Positions 1-14,690 of a stretch of DNA of 64,000 nucleotides are shown here, piece by piece. A program made the translations under genes and the position numbers. Location: assembly GCA_023515725.1 (NCBI GenBank), contig JALDTO010000200.1, positions 426,276 to 490,275 on the forward strand, given 5' to 3'. Each line of letters starts with the position of its first letter. The first letter of the stretch is position 1. The notes under the pieces were generated by a model that ran no database searches, had not been told where the DNA came from, and saw only the letters and a program-made list of their open reading frames with translations. Source of the DNA: Amoeboaphelidium protococcarum X5. Taxonomy: Eukaryota; Fungi; Aphelidiomycota.

Positions 1-1028
1 GGTATAGGAGCTGTGAACGAAGCTGACACTGGAGCCGTATTTTTAATCTAATTGCCTGAACCAACACTACGCATATTAAAGTTATCCAAAGTCTCTTCAC
101 CTACACTCCGAACGACATCCCGGACAAACTCTTTAGATAGATCGACATACGCGAGCAGGATACGCTTCAGATCTTCCTAAACGAGCACTCCTTTAAATCC
201 GCCATCAATAACTTTGAAAGCGAATTAAATCTTCAGCTCTTTAGTACCATTCAGAAGTATATCCATATACCGAATCCATCCTCCAAACGTTATCCCAGCG
301 AAGATAATCTCTTTGCCATTCAAGCTTGAAAAGACTTGAAACAAGCGATCAATCAAATATTTATTGCCATTTGCAATGGGGCCAAAACAGCGCGTAAAAT
401 TATCTTTCGTAATCACAGCTATGGTAGTACCATCTTTCTTTTACTGAACTGATACAGCCTAGGATAAAAATTGTTGATATAGCGCCGCGAACTAGAGCGG
501 ATCAAAAGCGATCTCGGAGCGCAGATAGTCCATCTCGTCCGAATCAACTGAGTCAATATAGCTCTAGTTGTAATTACCATTGTAAAACGGCCTGAGCAAT
601 GCTATACGTGGATTAGCCAAAGGTGGAATAGGTATTCTGATTTACACAAAGCAATGCAGAGGATTATGTGTAGTCGTGAATTGACACTGCTGACAAATGT
701 CAAAATCCATACAATTCAAACATTTAAATCGGATTCCTCGTATTGCTGACTAATGGCATTCATTGCATGTGACTCCTCTATGAATATGCGAATCTATCTA
801 GGCTTATGTTTCTGAGACTGAGTTCAATAATTAAATGAGAGCCTCAGAATTTGGCGATTTCATGGCTGGAGACATCAAGTGCACCATTTAGAGGGGAGTC
901 AGAGGATTCTGTTGTTATTCCAGTTTCTTCTTCTTTTAATGATAATCGATTTATAGCAATACATACAAACTAAGACTCATACTCAGACTCCCAATACCTA
1001 TCAACGCAAATTAGGTGGCTGTAATCAT
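1..1028 (-). CDS. ZZ-type zinc finger protein with probable EF-hand region and N-terminal membrane anchor (3' end outside window)
   Basis: Table 6 frame: MITATQFALIGIGSLSMSL... then HRGVTCNECHQSAIRGIRFKCLNCMDFDICQQC (ZZ finger), RIPIPPLANPR, and LIDRLFQVFSSLNGKEIIF. Confidence 0.75.
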
Positions 1029-1207
1029 TATGCAGTTTACTATCTTATGATGAGGTTGAGCGATCTATCTCTCCAGTACAACGGCGCGTCTGCTGAAACA
1101 ATTCTATCGCTGTCGCAATTCAGATCAATTCTTCTTAAAAGTCAATTTTATATAAGTCTATCTTAGAATAACACCGCTATTATACCTATTTAAGAACGGC
1201 CAATATT

Positions 1208-1751
1208 ATGAATATGCAAGCTGCACCGCCTGGATGGGAGTTGAGAGAGAGTAAATCTAATCCTGGGAAAATGTATTATTTCAATCATTAGACTGGCGAA
1301 TCTACCTGGGAGTATCCTAATACCGCTGCTGCTGCCCTATAGAACAAACCATAGGAGGTTCGCGCTTCACACTTGTTAGTGAAACACAACAAATCTAGGC
1401 GTCCATCTTCATGGCGATAGGTAAATTTATGTAATTTCAACATTCTTTTAATAATACTATAATCGGACTATATTCCAGATGTAGGAAACCATCACGATCA
1501 GCTAGGAGGATGCGATGAAGTTAATACTGGAGTATCGCGCTTAGATAGAGAGTGGGTAGACAACGCTGGCCGAACTGGCTCAACAATACTCTGATTGCAG
1601 TTCCGCTAAAAAGGGCGGTGATTTAGGATGGTTTGGTAAAGGATAAATGTAGAAAGCTTTTGAAGAAGCGACTTATAGTCTGAAAGTTGGTTAGTTGAGT
1701 TAGCCTGTTGTCTCAGATTCTGGTGTTCACCTAATCCTTCGCACAGGCTGA
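1208..1751 (+). CDS. ESS1: Parvulin peptidyl-prolyl isomerase Pin1/Ess1 (WW + PPIase); one intron ~1421-1484
   Basis: PPGWELRESKSNPGKMYYFNH (WW), VRASHLLVKHNKSRRPSSWR, SDCSSAKKGGDLGWFG, SDSGVHLILRTG; TGA 1749-1751. Confidence 0.95.
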
Positions 1752-1841
1752 AACTCTACTATATCAACATTCAAAAGAAATGATTAAAATATAAGTTACG
1801 ACTTCAAATATATTTACTGCATTATATTCAAAGAAGGTGTA

Positions 1842-2955
1842 TCACTTCATTCGCTTGTAAATACGCTTGGTAAAGTCCAAAAATACAGCTCTTGGAACTT
1901 GATCTTCATCGACGCGATTGATCATGGCAAGAATCTCACCATGCGATTTCTCTTCATACTAACGGTATACAGACTCTAGATCCAATTGGCTATACAACTC
2001 CTTTACAGACTACTCACATTCAGCATTCTTCTTACCATACTTATCCTTTAGTAGATTCAATTGCTCAGAATTACACAATTTAACAGCTTATACAACCAGC
2101 CACGAGCACTTGTTATCTTGAATATCGGTTCCAATTTTACCAATGACTTGAGGATCGCCATAACAATCCAAGTAATCATCCTACACCTAAAAGAATATTC
2201 CTAGAGGCACTAGAATGTCCATAGCTTGCGAGTAGACGACATCATCCACAATGCCAGCCATGCTCATAGCCAAAGCCACCGGCAAGTAGAAGGAGTAGTA
2301 AGCAGTCTTGTACTAAACAATCTTCACGTATCTTTCATCGGTGAAGCGACTCAAATCAGACTGCACAGGATCTTCAGGCGCAGTCAACAAATCCAGCAGT
2401 TGACCAAGCTCAGTGCGGAAGGAGGTATCATGGAAAAGTTCCAATAGCATCCCATAGCATGCATCCTGGCGAAAGTACTTGCGTAGAAGACGGTAAATGA
2501 CGGACTCCAGAATAAATGAATCGTTTATAGCCATATTACCAACTTCTTTATTCAAGTACCAGCAGGGCTGACCACGACGCGTCTTTGAATGATCCATAAT
2601 ATCGTCAGCCACTAGAAAGAAGGCTTGCAGAATTTCCACGCACCATCCCAGAACATTGGCTTTGAACGTGGCCTAAGTGGTGATTTCCTATCCCTTCGCC
2701 TTCGTAATCAGTTGGTAGGTGTGGTATACGCTCAGTCCGCGGTTCATTTTACCACCAGGAACTGTATAAAACAGCATCTACACACGGCAACGAAATGATG
2801 ATGGTCTGGTATGCCGTAAATTAAATTCTAAAGCTTACACGTCGCAAATAGTCAACAGCATCTTTAGGAAAGTTAAGTCCCTCAACTTCGCTTATAATGT
2901 CTTGCGCAATATGTTCAAAGGTGTCCTCGAAACTTACAGTTTATGGTATTGTCAT
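1842..2955 (-). CDS. ERG20: Farnesyl diphosphate synthase; intron ~2778-2838
   Basis: [22 protein letters not shown] (first Asp-rich motif), [23 protein letters not shown]. Confidence 0.96.
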
Positions 2956-3367
2956 CTTTATCCTCCCAGCTGTCTAACTAGTATTTAGATGCAAAAGTAT
3001 CAGACTGATCTGGGCGATCAACGATCAAGGCCGATCTTTGTCGTTGTCGTTTCTCCCAATGAGAAATGTTGTTCTATTTCTCAATGCGGAGAGAGGCGCG
3101 CCGGGGGTAAAAGTTTAAAATGTCTCTTTCTCTTTCAGTCAGTCAGTCAGGTGAGCGAACATCAAGTGAAAGCGGAGAGTGAACATTGAGTGAGAAAAGA
3201 GAACGCCACACGACCGCACGCCTTACCGAATTCGAATGACTCTCAATAGATCTGCTGTTGCTCTCCTCCATTTCCCGGAAACTTTTAGCTCAATACGTAG
3301 GACTGATTGCAATCTCATTATAGATAGCTAATAGAAGCAGCTAAAATAATAGTAATCGCACAACAGA
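2956..3367. promoter_or_regulatory. Putative bidirectional promoter between ERG20 and ERG13
   Basis: Head-to-head start codons about 410 bp apart. Confidence 0.5.
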
Positions 3368-4822
3368 ATGGTCACTGCTTTAATGAATCCTGCCTCTACC
3401 GAACAACCGTTACAGCAAGAACAGCAGTCTGGGCGTAATGCTGCTGCGTAAAGACCTTAGAATGTCGGAATACTGGCCGTGGACATTTATTTCCCGTCTG
3501 TGTATGTTGATCAGACTGAGTTGGAGTAATTCGATGGCGTCTCCGCTGGCAAGTATACAATTGGTCTTGGTCAGGAGAAGATGGCATTCTGTGAGGACAA
3601 TGAAGACATCTGTTCCATTTCGCTCACTGTTGTCAAGAATCTGATGACCAAGTATAACATCTCTTACAAAGACATTGGCCGTCTTGAGGTTGGCACTGAG
3701 ACGATCATTGACAAGAGCAAGTCTGTGAAATCGGTGCTGATGTCATTGTTCCAGGAGCACGACAACGCGGACGTTGAGGGTGTGGACACAACTAATGCAT
3801 GTTATGGTGGCACTAACGCATTATTTAATTCCATTAATTGGATTGAAAGCTCTGCATGGGATGGTAGATATGCGTTGGTTGTCGCTGGTGATATTGCTGT
3901 GTACGCGTCTGGTAGTGCTCGTCCTACTGGTGGTGCTGGTGTTGTGGCCTTGCTTATTGGACCTAATGCCCCACTGGTGTTTGATAATGTCCGCGCCTCT
4001 CACATGGAGCACGTTTATGACTTTTACAAACCTGACTTGTCCTCTGAGTTTCCCACTGTCGATGGCCCACTAACTATTGAATGTTACTACCGCGCTTTGG
4101 ACAATTGCTATCTTAAGTACATTTAAAAGTCTGGTGGCAAGTTTGACCTTTGCGAGACTTTTGATTATTTATGTTTTCACTCGCCGTACACTAAACTGGT
4201 GTAGAAGTCATTCGCTAGACTCGCCTTTATTGATTTACTGAACAATGAAGAATATCAACTGCGTTAAGATTCCGAGTATGAGAAGTTCACCTCACTGAAG
4301 CTTGAGCAGACTTATTTCAACAAGGAAGTGGAGAAGGCTTTCGTTACTTGTACCAAGAAGTCATTCAATGATCGTGTCTTGCCGTCTCTGCTCGCTGCCA
4401 AAAATATTGGTAACATGTATTGTGGTTCTCTGTACGGTGGCTTTGTGTCTTTACTGTGCAACGTCGCACCACAAGTTTTGCTGGGTAAGAAGATTGGATT
4501 GTTCTCGTATGGTAGCGGACTGGCGAGTTCCATGTTTAGCATTCGCGTCCGGGATGACTTGCCAGAACAGGTAGCCGCTCAGCTTGCGGTTCTTAGTGAG
4601 ACTGTGGATTTGAAAAATCGTTTGAACAGTCGCTTAAAGAAGGAACCATCGATTTTTGTGTAGAGCATGAAACTAAGGGAAGATGTCCATAATTTGAAGG
4701 ATTACGCGCCTAAATCTGATCCTCGCCAGTTGTTTGAGGGAACTTTCTATCTGTCTGCGGTTGATGCCAAGTACAGACGTTCTTATGCTTTGTACTCTGC
4801 GAGTGCGGCCGGAGAGCTGTGA
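3368..4822 (+). CDS. ERG13: HMG-CoA synthase
   Basis: [47 protein letters not shown] (catalytic Cys), [32 protein letters not shown]; TGA 4820-4822. Confidence 0.97.
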
Positions 4823-4969
4823 GATTTTGTATTAATGTCAACTTGGTAAGGTCTGTAATTTATATGAAATTTTGTGACAATATATGATACGGTACATATC
4901 GATCATTTTAGTCCTCTTCTTTCTTCCTCGCCGTTTGATTAAATCAAATCCAAAATTTTGTGGAAGCAG

Positions 4970-5410
4970 ATGAGATTCAACATTGCCTTGTTAGTGACGC
5001 TGGTCAGCACGTTGATGTTCACCGTGTTATGTAAGACTGCACCAACTGAGCTATAAATTGGCGTCAAGTATAAACCAGAGAAGTGCGATAAAGTTGCAAA
5101 GAATAACCAAATGGTGTCTGTCCATTATACGGGCACACTCTTTGAAAGTGGCGAAAAGTTTGACTCCTCTCTAGATCGCGGTCAGCCATTCAAGTTTATG
5201 CTCGGACAAGGTCAAGTTATTAAAGGATGGGATAAGGGAGTGCTGAACATGTGTGTTGGTGAGAAGCGAAAGTTGATAATACCAAGCGACTTGGGATACG
5301 GTGAACGCGGCGCGGGTGCTTCTATTCCACCAAAAGCTGCTCTCGTGTTTGAAGTTGAGCTCCTCGATGTGATTGACAACGAAGAAGACGCGTACCGTGC
5401 CGAGTTATGA
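4970..5410 (+). CDS. FPR2: ER-type FKBP peptidyl-prolyl isomerase (FKBP2/Fpr2)
   Basis: Signal peptide [21 protein letters not shown]; [26 protein letters not shown]; C-terminal RAEL resembles an ER-retention signal. Confidence 0.9.
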
Positions 5411-5534
5411 TTAACTTCTCAAGTGAAGATGTTCATTCAGCACTTTGAAATAATTGACTAAGTAAAAGAACGTAATTATACTAATTAGGTACGAACGCTA
5501 CTTTACTAAACTTCATTAACAATCACCTTAATCT

Positions 5535-8500
5535 TCATTATTCCATCGCGTAGGAGTTTGCATTGGATGCTATGCTGCAACACTCTTCATACACCACACC
5601 AAGCTGCTTCTTGATCAACTAGTTTTCAATTAATTGCATCTCGTGCAATTCATTCTTCAACTTATCCACATCTATTACGCTATTCAATTACTTGTCATCT
5701 TTACATAACGCTAGACACTAAGCATCAGAAACTTCAGTCATTTCTTGAACACTTGGCAAAGTAAAGTTCTCCCTTACAGAAGCCAAACACTGGACAAACC
5801 AAAAGTCAGATGTGAATGGTTCGCTACCTTTTACACTCAACAGCGCACGTCTGAGCACAGTAGTCAACATTGTCAAACTCTTATCGCCATTATTCAATTT
5901 GGACTGACGGCGTAAAACATCAACAGCCAATTGAAATCTCTCAAAGAGGACATTTTAAAACTAATTCAGACTTAGACATTCAACCAACTCAGCGGGGGAC
6001 ATAACTTTATCACTAAACAACTTTTGCAATATCGAAGTGTGATACTTTCCAAACTCAGATTGTTTAATCACCCCGGCAGCCACGATATGCCTCACAGTTT
6101 CTTCCTATCCAAACAAGTCTTTCAATAAGTTGACGTAAAATTCACGAACTTCACAGATTTCCAGCTAATCATCAAACGATTACTATGTAGACTCATTACC
6201 CTGGCCTATAGAGAGTAAAGAAGAAAGTTTACCAATACTGCATAACACCTTCTAGTCAAATGCAAGGTTTGACCGTACTTGGGCAACTTCAGCACTAACC
6301 GCATCCCATTACTCCTATTTAGCAGATAATATCAATTGTAGATCGGACCTTTCAGCTTTTTTGACAAAAGACTTGATAAAGCCGTAGTACTTCGGACTCA
6401 AGTCAAAAATAACGGAATACTTCTTCTTACGCAAACTCCAACCAATCAAGTACTAAGCAAATACCTCACCATACAGATGCAACAACGCCTCATACTGAAC
6501 AACTCGATTCGGATGATATTTATAGATTAACGACACCAGCTTATCAAATAACTCATGCTTCTCACACAGCCTAGACGCCTGTTCAATCATTTCAGCATCC
6601 ACAAGTTTGGTGACACATTCTTCATTAATAGACTTTGCCATCTTTGATTCTTGAAGGTGAAACTTGACTACAGATTCAGATATAATAAGAATAACGTCTG
6701 CATATTAGATCAGCTGCGACTTTAGAACTCCAGCCAAAAGAGATTGATTGTTAAAGTCAACATCTTAATAATCCAATGATACAGGGTCAACAGGAGCAAT
6801 AGAGCTGGTATTCAACTGGGACGACAGCTTTTGTAGAGATTACGCAGAGAATTTAAATTAATCCAATAACATGCTTTACAATCCCACATCGACAAACCAG
6901 GCAGGAGTTTACGAAGATAAGTACACGGAATAAGCTTCAGAATACTCAGACACATTATTCAAAGAGGCGACGCTATATAGCATAATCTTGTTGAATTCAA
7001 TCAACTTACCCACTTAATTCCCAATCTAATCTTCTTCGCATCTACTGTGCACTTATTTCACAAAATCCTTTATATCAGACGAGTGTTTTTTAAAGAATTA
7101 CTTGATTGCAGCAAATCCAGCGATATTCTCTTACTTACTTCTGCAAACAGCTTCTATAGCTGAAGTGAATGCTGCGGACACCATCTTGATCACACTATCA
7201 TTCTGCATAGTGGCCAGTTGTCCAATAATAGTGGTATGATAATGATAAAGCTAAATCGCATTGACTACATAACAGTATTCATTAAATAACTAAACTTTCT
7301 GCTGATCTGAAAACCGAGTAAAAGGCTCAATGATATTGCAAAGTGACTCAAGTGCCAATTTTCTATCAATCAAGGACGAGTGAAGATCTTTAGACTGTAG
7401 TTAGATACAATCACACTGGAGAATGTCACTGCTGAGTTCAACAGCAGCTTAAGCACATAACTCATAATCCCTAATGGCAAACTCGGCAATAATTGGAGAA
7501 TCAACACCAGAATAGAAAACAGCTTTCTACAGCGAACGTTTAGCAGCGTTGAAAGCGACTTGTGATGCTTCAGACTATGAGGCAGACAACTATAACAAAT
7601 ACTTGTTAATAGCAGGAACATCAATATTCAGTTATAATAGGCCAAGCTATACACTCAGAGCCAAGAAGTTAAAGTGCCCATTCTCCACATACAAATGACC
7701 ATTTTATAGTAGTTCATAGCCCTCCTTGAAGTGTATCTACTCTTGCAATTTCAGTAACTCTGGGCTTTTAGTATTTATACACAGAGTAATGATGGAGGTG
7801 TCCAGCAGTATAATCACAATCTACCCTGAAATGTAGACAGTCATATCTGACACTTGTTCAATAGGCACAGAATATTCCACAACAACATTCTCCTACAAAA
7901 CATTACCTGTAGATCTATCAAGCACAGATAGGCCGATACGAGCACGTTCCTGATGAGATGCACCTTCGACAAAAGCGTGCACCAAGATCAATCTATCGTG
8001 CATAACGTGAATCTTCACCAATTTTCTACTACTGAATCCACTAGGCAACATGAAATCAGACTTCTTCTCAAAGTTGGATTTAATGCCGACATAATGCACA
8101 ATGCGGTCACAATACATCAAATAAAGATCAGTCTAACTTCTATGCACGTTATTAGCCAAATCAATAACAACGTTTCTATCACCGTCTCTACCACCAGAAC
8201 TAACCCAGCTGGCCATTTTACTGAATAAAGACTTGGATTGTAGAATGTGCACCGTGACGTATAACTTTCCATCAGCACTGTACTTGACAGTCAGGTGGAA
8301 TATCTGAGATTCCGATACTGCCAGATATCCATCAACACCAATAGAGAATAGATCGGAGACGAGATCGCCACTAACAAGACCGAGGCGGATATAAGCAACC
8401 TCTTTAAATCCTCCATCAGCGGTATCACCATTATTCAAATGAGTCATCTCATACACCATTAGCTCACCCTCTGCGGTACAGATCATTATCACATTCTTCA

Positions 8501-8891
8501 TCTTTGATGAGAGCATACTCAACTGCGGTAAACTGGTATTGGAAGTGGCATTACTACTCAATACTGATTACATTTACAGCTATTATTGTTACTACTATTT
8601 CTAAATCTTGTCATCGGCCGTGAGAGAACGTCCCGCCTGTTTCTACAGGAATACAACGTGTGGAACATGCCTCGTATTACTCAGCACAATAGAATCCGTC
8701 ACACCACCCATCAAACAATAGATGACATCATTAAACGCAATAGCCATTTAATTCTCAGACGCTATATAGCATTTAACTTACGGATTTTCAGCATTCAGCT
8801 CCTGTTCAATGTACTCTGCCAACTCTGCATTCAACACATCTCTCTGCGATCTCAGTTCATAAAAGTTGTCCACCACCAATGTCTGCTGCAT
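5535..8891 (-). CDS. NUP133: Nucleoporin Nup133-like (~1118 aa)
   Basis: Track fragments at 5718, 6453, 7893 and 8133 share one frame under table 6; beta-rich N-half and helical C-half; ASRLCEKHELFDKLVSL and LCSIGKLSSLL resemble Nup133 C-terminal motifs. Confidence 0.7.
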
Positions 8892-9147
8892 CCCTATGAA
8901 TTACTACTTATGATAGAATAATTTTCAAGCGGATTTCCAAATAAATAAGTGTTAAAAGTCACGTCCAATACGGCAGAGTTTTGTACAAAGTAAATATGTT
9001 CTTTAGAGGCGAACAGAGATCTTCTGAATTAGAGAGAAGAAACGAGAGCAAGAGAAATCCTCCTCTTAAAGCGCCTTGGGATCGAAACTCGCGCAATAAA
9101 CCTCTTTGCTTAGTTGAAGAAAATATACTATCACTCTTCTACTCATA

Positions 9148-9526
9148 ATGGTAGGATTCATATTAATTAGAGGCTAAAATAAATACTCATAATCATAGTG
9201 TTTGTAGGAATCTCAGTCATTTATAGTTTCTTAGATTGAGCAACTTTAGTCTAGATTTATCGGAACGGGATACGAAGACACGAGCAGAGAGTAAGCATAT
9301 CGCTATCATTAATGAAAGAGTGCATATATTTCATTGTACGCATGTGTGTAGAGAATGGTAAAGGACTATTCATAATGACACGACTCATGCAATTCTGGCC
9401 AATGAATCTCTGGCGCTATACGTTGCCACTGCAGAGAGTGTATCTACCGCGCGATTAAAGCATAAACTCAAATCGCGCATTGCCCATCTCCCATCCAAGC
9501 TTGACGTAAAGTAGTAATAATAGTGA
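9148..9526 (+). CDS. SF3B5: Splicing factor 3B subunit 5 (SF3b10/Ysf3); two introns
   Basis: Spliced product SQIEQLQSRFIGTGYEDTSREEWQRTIHNDT...YVATAESVSTARLKHKL matches the SF3b10 pattern. Confidence 0.8.
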
Positions 9527-9746
9527 TGTTTTGATATTTAATGCACTCGATTTGTATTGTATAAAAAAAGATTCTCGCCGATTGTCATCAAGATTATAGA
9601 AAATGGCAATAGAGAAAGTAAAAGCCAAATCGCACGTATCAATTAAGTATATTCATCCGTAAACGTATCAGTGTTTTATATCGCTAGATAAAGAGGGGAC
9701 AGTAGGTATACAAGTAGGGTAATAGGCAGACAGCAGATACACCCAC

Positions 9747-10628
<882 letters not shown>

Positions 10629-11398
10629 ATTCTTCCTCTGTAATCTTCTTGTTATTATTAGTATTAACAATGAGTTGAATCACAGAACTTCAACACAATA
10701 CGCTGGTATTATTATTACAAAAAAGTAACAGAAAGACAGACGAACACAGACGGAGAAGATCGACTTGAAAGAGTGTTTTAAGGAGAGAGGCTCCAAGACG
10801 AAAAGACGAGAGAGAGAGCGATTGTTGGTGCTGGCACTCTTTCGTTCGTTTGGTCGTCAAGTTTCGGCGATTGGCAGGAAAGATTGAAAATTGCAGGCGT
10901 CAACACTGCCGGCTCCTTTCCCTTATTGGATACGTGCTCATTGTCACGCTTTTTCGCACCTGTTGATGGATTTTGCATTTATTTGTTTGCCGTTGTACTT
11001 CAGATTATAGCGACTTTTGAAAACATTGAGATGACTAATAATAGTCGAAGGTCTATTAGCTTAGCTCTTATCAATCATTGCCCGCTTAAACAAACTTTTT
11101 GGATATTTTCGTCATAGAAGAGCATGCACTCGAATAACGAAGATCGACCTTCGTAGAACTAATTGGATCTTATCTTCAAAGTAGCCATAACATGCTTGTT
11201 TATCATATACATCCTACATGAGGAGGACGTTTTACAGTGCCTTTGAAGAACATCGTTTCAGCCGAGTTTAGATCAGAAAAGCCCCTGAACAAGGCGCGTC
11301 TCTGCTCCTCTCTCTTATCATTACTCTTTTCTTTCATTTTATCAACAAAAGTTCATCTCTCATTGTGCAATACACCATTTCATACAGATTATTTGAGA

Positions 11399-12154
11399 AT
11401 GAGTGATTGCGAGCATGAAGATAATTAAGCACTAGCTGCATCTACCAAATAAGCGAAGAAAAAGCGCCATGTCTATGAAAATATTGAGAATTTACCGGTA
11501 GCAGAGTTATGCAAGAGCACTTTTGCTGCTGTTGGTGAATAGCCAATGATGAAAAAGTATAGAAAAAGCTCTAGGAAACGGTAGGACTAGGTGAATGACG
11601 CTAATAATAATGAAGCATAAGCTGACGAATAGTAAGAGGCTTAATCTCAAGAGTCCGCTGGTCCTAAAGTCCGTATCGTTGATGGTAAAATGGTGATTGA
11701 TGAACAATCTCTGATACAAAATAAGCCGGAATTGTCTCAGAATGGACTCGTGAAAATAGTGGAAGAGGATCGAAATTAGTAGCATACTACTAGCGCATCA
11801 TACCTGCCGGAGCACAAGAGAAATAACAGATCTAAATGGACAGTTGCTGATACTGAATTATTTTATGATGGCCTCTCTGTGTTTGGTACTGATTTTGGAA
11901 TGATATCACGCGTGATTTTTCAGAATACGAAGAACAGGCGATAGATTAAACTGAAATTTAACCAGGAAGAGCGGCGGAATGGGCCGCGTATCGATGTGGC
12001 TCTGAAAACAAAGAAAGCATTGGCCGATATTGTACTCCCGCATGATCAGGAAAATGCGATAGATGCTGAAGAGAATCGCGGTGATGCGAATGCTGACGAC
12101 GCGGTTATCAATCTTGAGGCTACGAAGCAAGCCGATGAGAACAAGTAGCAATGA
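11399..12154 (+). CDS. BDP1: TFIIIB subunit B-double-prime (Bdp1) SANT/Myb domain protein
   Basis: GPKVRIVDGKMVIDEQSL, KWTVADTELFYDGLSVFGTDFGMI, RRQIKLKFNQEER. Confidence 0.88.
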
Positions 12155-12300
12155 AGTTCTGTCCCTGTGTAAATATAGTGAAAGTTTGCTATACGCGTGC
12201 AAGAAATATTTTTACTTTGGCCTCTTGACTTTTCTCGTTTCACCATTTACCAGTCGTGGGCCAGTCACTTTTGCCAGGCAATTCTAAGGACTGTTTTACT

Positions 12301-13643
12301 ATGAAACTCTTAATTAAAGATCTTGAAGTTGGCTTTTTGACTGAACCACTGGAGGCGGAAGTACAAAGAGTTATTTTGAACCATCAGAGAAATGTGGTAC
12401 TGAAACTTGTGGATGAATCGGGCGATGAGATTATGTGTACATGCTGGGATAACTATGCTGAGTCTGCAGGCAATTTACAGGTTGGTTGCACCATAAGTAT
12501 AGTCAATTTTAAGGTCAAACTGGATAATCATGGTCAAATCGAGATTGTCTTAAATGGTGACCGTAAACCTTCGACTATGGGCAAGAAATTGGCTGTGATT
12601 TCTGGAAGTGTTGAAACGCGGTAAACACGACCGCCGCCTCCTACTCCACCAGTATTGGATTAAAGTGCAAACTTTACATTGATTAAAGATTTACAGACTG
12701 GGACATACATTTAAAATGTGTTTGAAGTGCTTAATGTGAAACTGGGGAATGTGGCGAATCTTACGCTGACAGACTATTCAAAAGATGTGAGGTAAGCTTG
12801 AGTTCTAGTATTAGTGTTGCACAATGAGTCTTTTGTAGGGGTGGCAATGATGAACTTGAACCTTTTACAACCATCATATGTGGATGTTTTGACAATTATG
12901 CATAAATGGCAGACACCAGCATATAAAATGGAAGTATTCTTCTCATTAAGGACGCGTTTGTCAAAAATGATCATAGAGGAGAACTTGAGTTGGTCTTGCG
13001 GAGTGATTCTCATGGACGAAAGGTTACTATTCTCCCTCCGGATTCGCCATTAGCCACAGCATTATTAGCTCGTCGAAAAAAGTTGCGCAAGTTGGATTTA
13101 CCGTTATTGGCTTGTAATGATTAGCCTCTCTCTACCGCGTAGAGTGAGCTTGCGGCTGATTCTTAAGAAGAGAGACCAATTGATTATCTGACTGATTTAA
13201 CGCTGTTGAAACAATGCCGATAGCTGCCTGTTAGATGTAGAATTAAGTTAAGAGTCACTGGATGGGAGCCATAAGATATCCAGTAGATGAGTCAAAGCAT
13301 TTGTACCAAATGTTATGTCGTTTTTTATAACACCAACTAAGCTATGAGAGCTTGTCAGTGCAGCAAGAAGAGCTTTAGCATACAATTCATGTTTCATCTG
13401 TTTGGTATGGATGAGTAGAATAACTAGATGCCAATTCTAATATGTAATGAAGATGTGAATAGTCTACTTAACGCGTAAATAAATGCCGAAGCTGTGTATA
13501 TGAACTCATCGTTCAAAGACGCGAATGATTTGAGTAGGAAGCTGAACAGACTATTGAATCAGCAATGTGTATTCACCGTATTGATAATACCACATCAAAA
13601 CTTTTTAATTGCCAAGTATCAATCTCACAAGAAAGTGGCATGA
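12301..13643 (+). CDS. POT1-like multi-OB-fold telomere ssDNA-binding protein; intron ~12792-12838
   Basis: Two OB-like repeats (LKLVDESG-IMCTCWDNYA; LTLTDYS-ICGCFDNYA-LELVL) and a C-terminal OB-like region with CTKC...CQC. Confidence 0.6.
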
Positions 13644-13719
13644 ATTACTCATGAAATAAAAATTTGATTCTATATTGTAACTGGTTCAATCTTGTGATAC
13701 TTTCCATAATTAGTTATAC

Positions 13720-14690
13720 TCAAACAACTTCAGGCATCAATTCAGGATAAGATTTGATGGGAGCAATAGGACGGCATAAAACCCATACCGCGTTAACAAA
13801 TGCGTTACCTCTACCATATGACAGATGCTAATTATCTGACGACCATTACCGCTTTATATGCTCATTGGTGGTCATATCTTGAGATATAAGCCACGTATGG
13901 TACCCGAATAGCACTGAGAGACTAAAGAAGAAGCCTGCACACAATACTGCCAGCACAAGCGTGATTGGAGATTCTGCGATCGCCATAAAGACGCCACCTT
14001 CAGTCCGCATACCTTAAACAACTAAGTGTATGATAGGGAATACAAAACCGAATACATCCAAAATATACGTACTCACAATGAACAAATAAAAGTACCTATA
14101 GTTCCGCCTGCCAACACAATTCGCCATCCAAAGACAATGATGATCCATACGGTCTATACATCTGTCACAGATACTACAATGTGTACAGCGCGGTGGTCGC
14201 CATATGTGACAAGTTTCACAAAACTTTTGATTTATAGTCTCCCCATTCACAATAATCTCCCTTGGCTCAGTATGAGGAGTAAATCTAACCAGTTGATGTG
14301 AAGCCTGCGACGATGAACTTTGACCAGTCTCAGATTGATCCTACTAAAGAGGAGGTGCATCATGTTAAGGATTCAACATATCAGTGCTGCCGTACGATGT
14401 ATGCGAATTAAGTGCATTCCGAGGAAGTTCTCCAGGGTCTGAGAGGCCAGTTTTTAAAATATAAACATTCGTAGACAGGTGAAGTATCACAAATATTACA
14501 ATGACAGCGACAGACAAATTTTACACAATCCAGGCAGATCTACATAACAGTACACGTAAACATTATATTATGCCTTGATCCGTTGAAAATACAATTACTC
14601 TGAAATATAGAATAGAATGCATAAAGCATTAATCATGAATATGGCTCCTATGAATACAAATCTATCTCTCCTCTTCCAGAAATCAACCAT
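13720..14690 (-). CDS. DHHC palmitoyltransferase (Erf2/ZDHHC9-like); intron ~14540-14598
   Basis: KFCETCHIWRPPRCTHCSICDRCIDRMDHHCLWMANCVGRRNYRYF, SDPG, TTNE motif, transmembrane segments. Confidence 0.92.
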
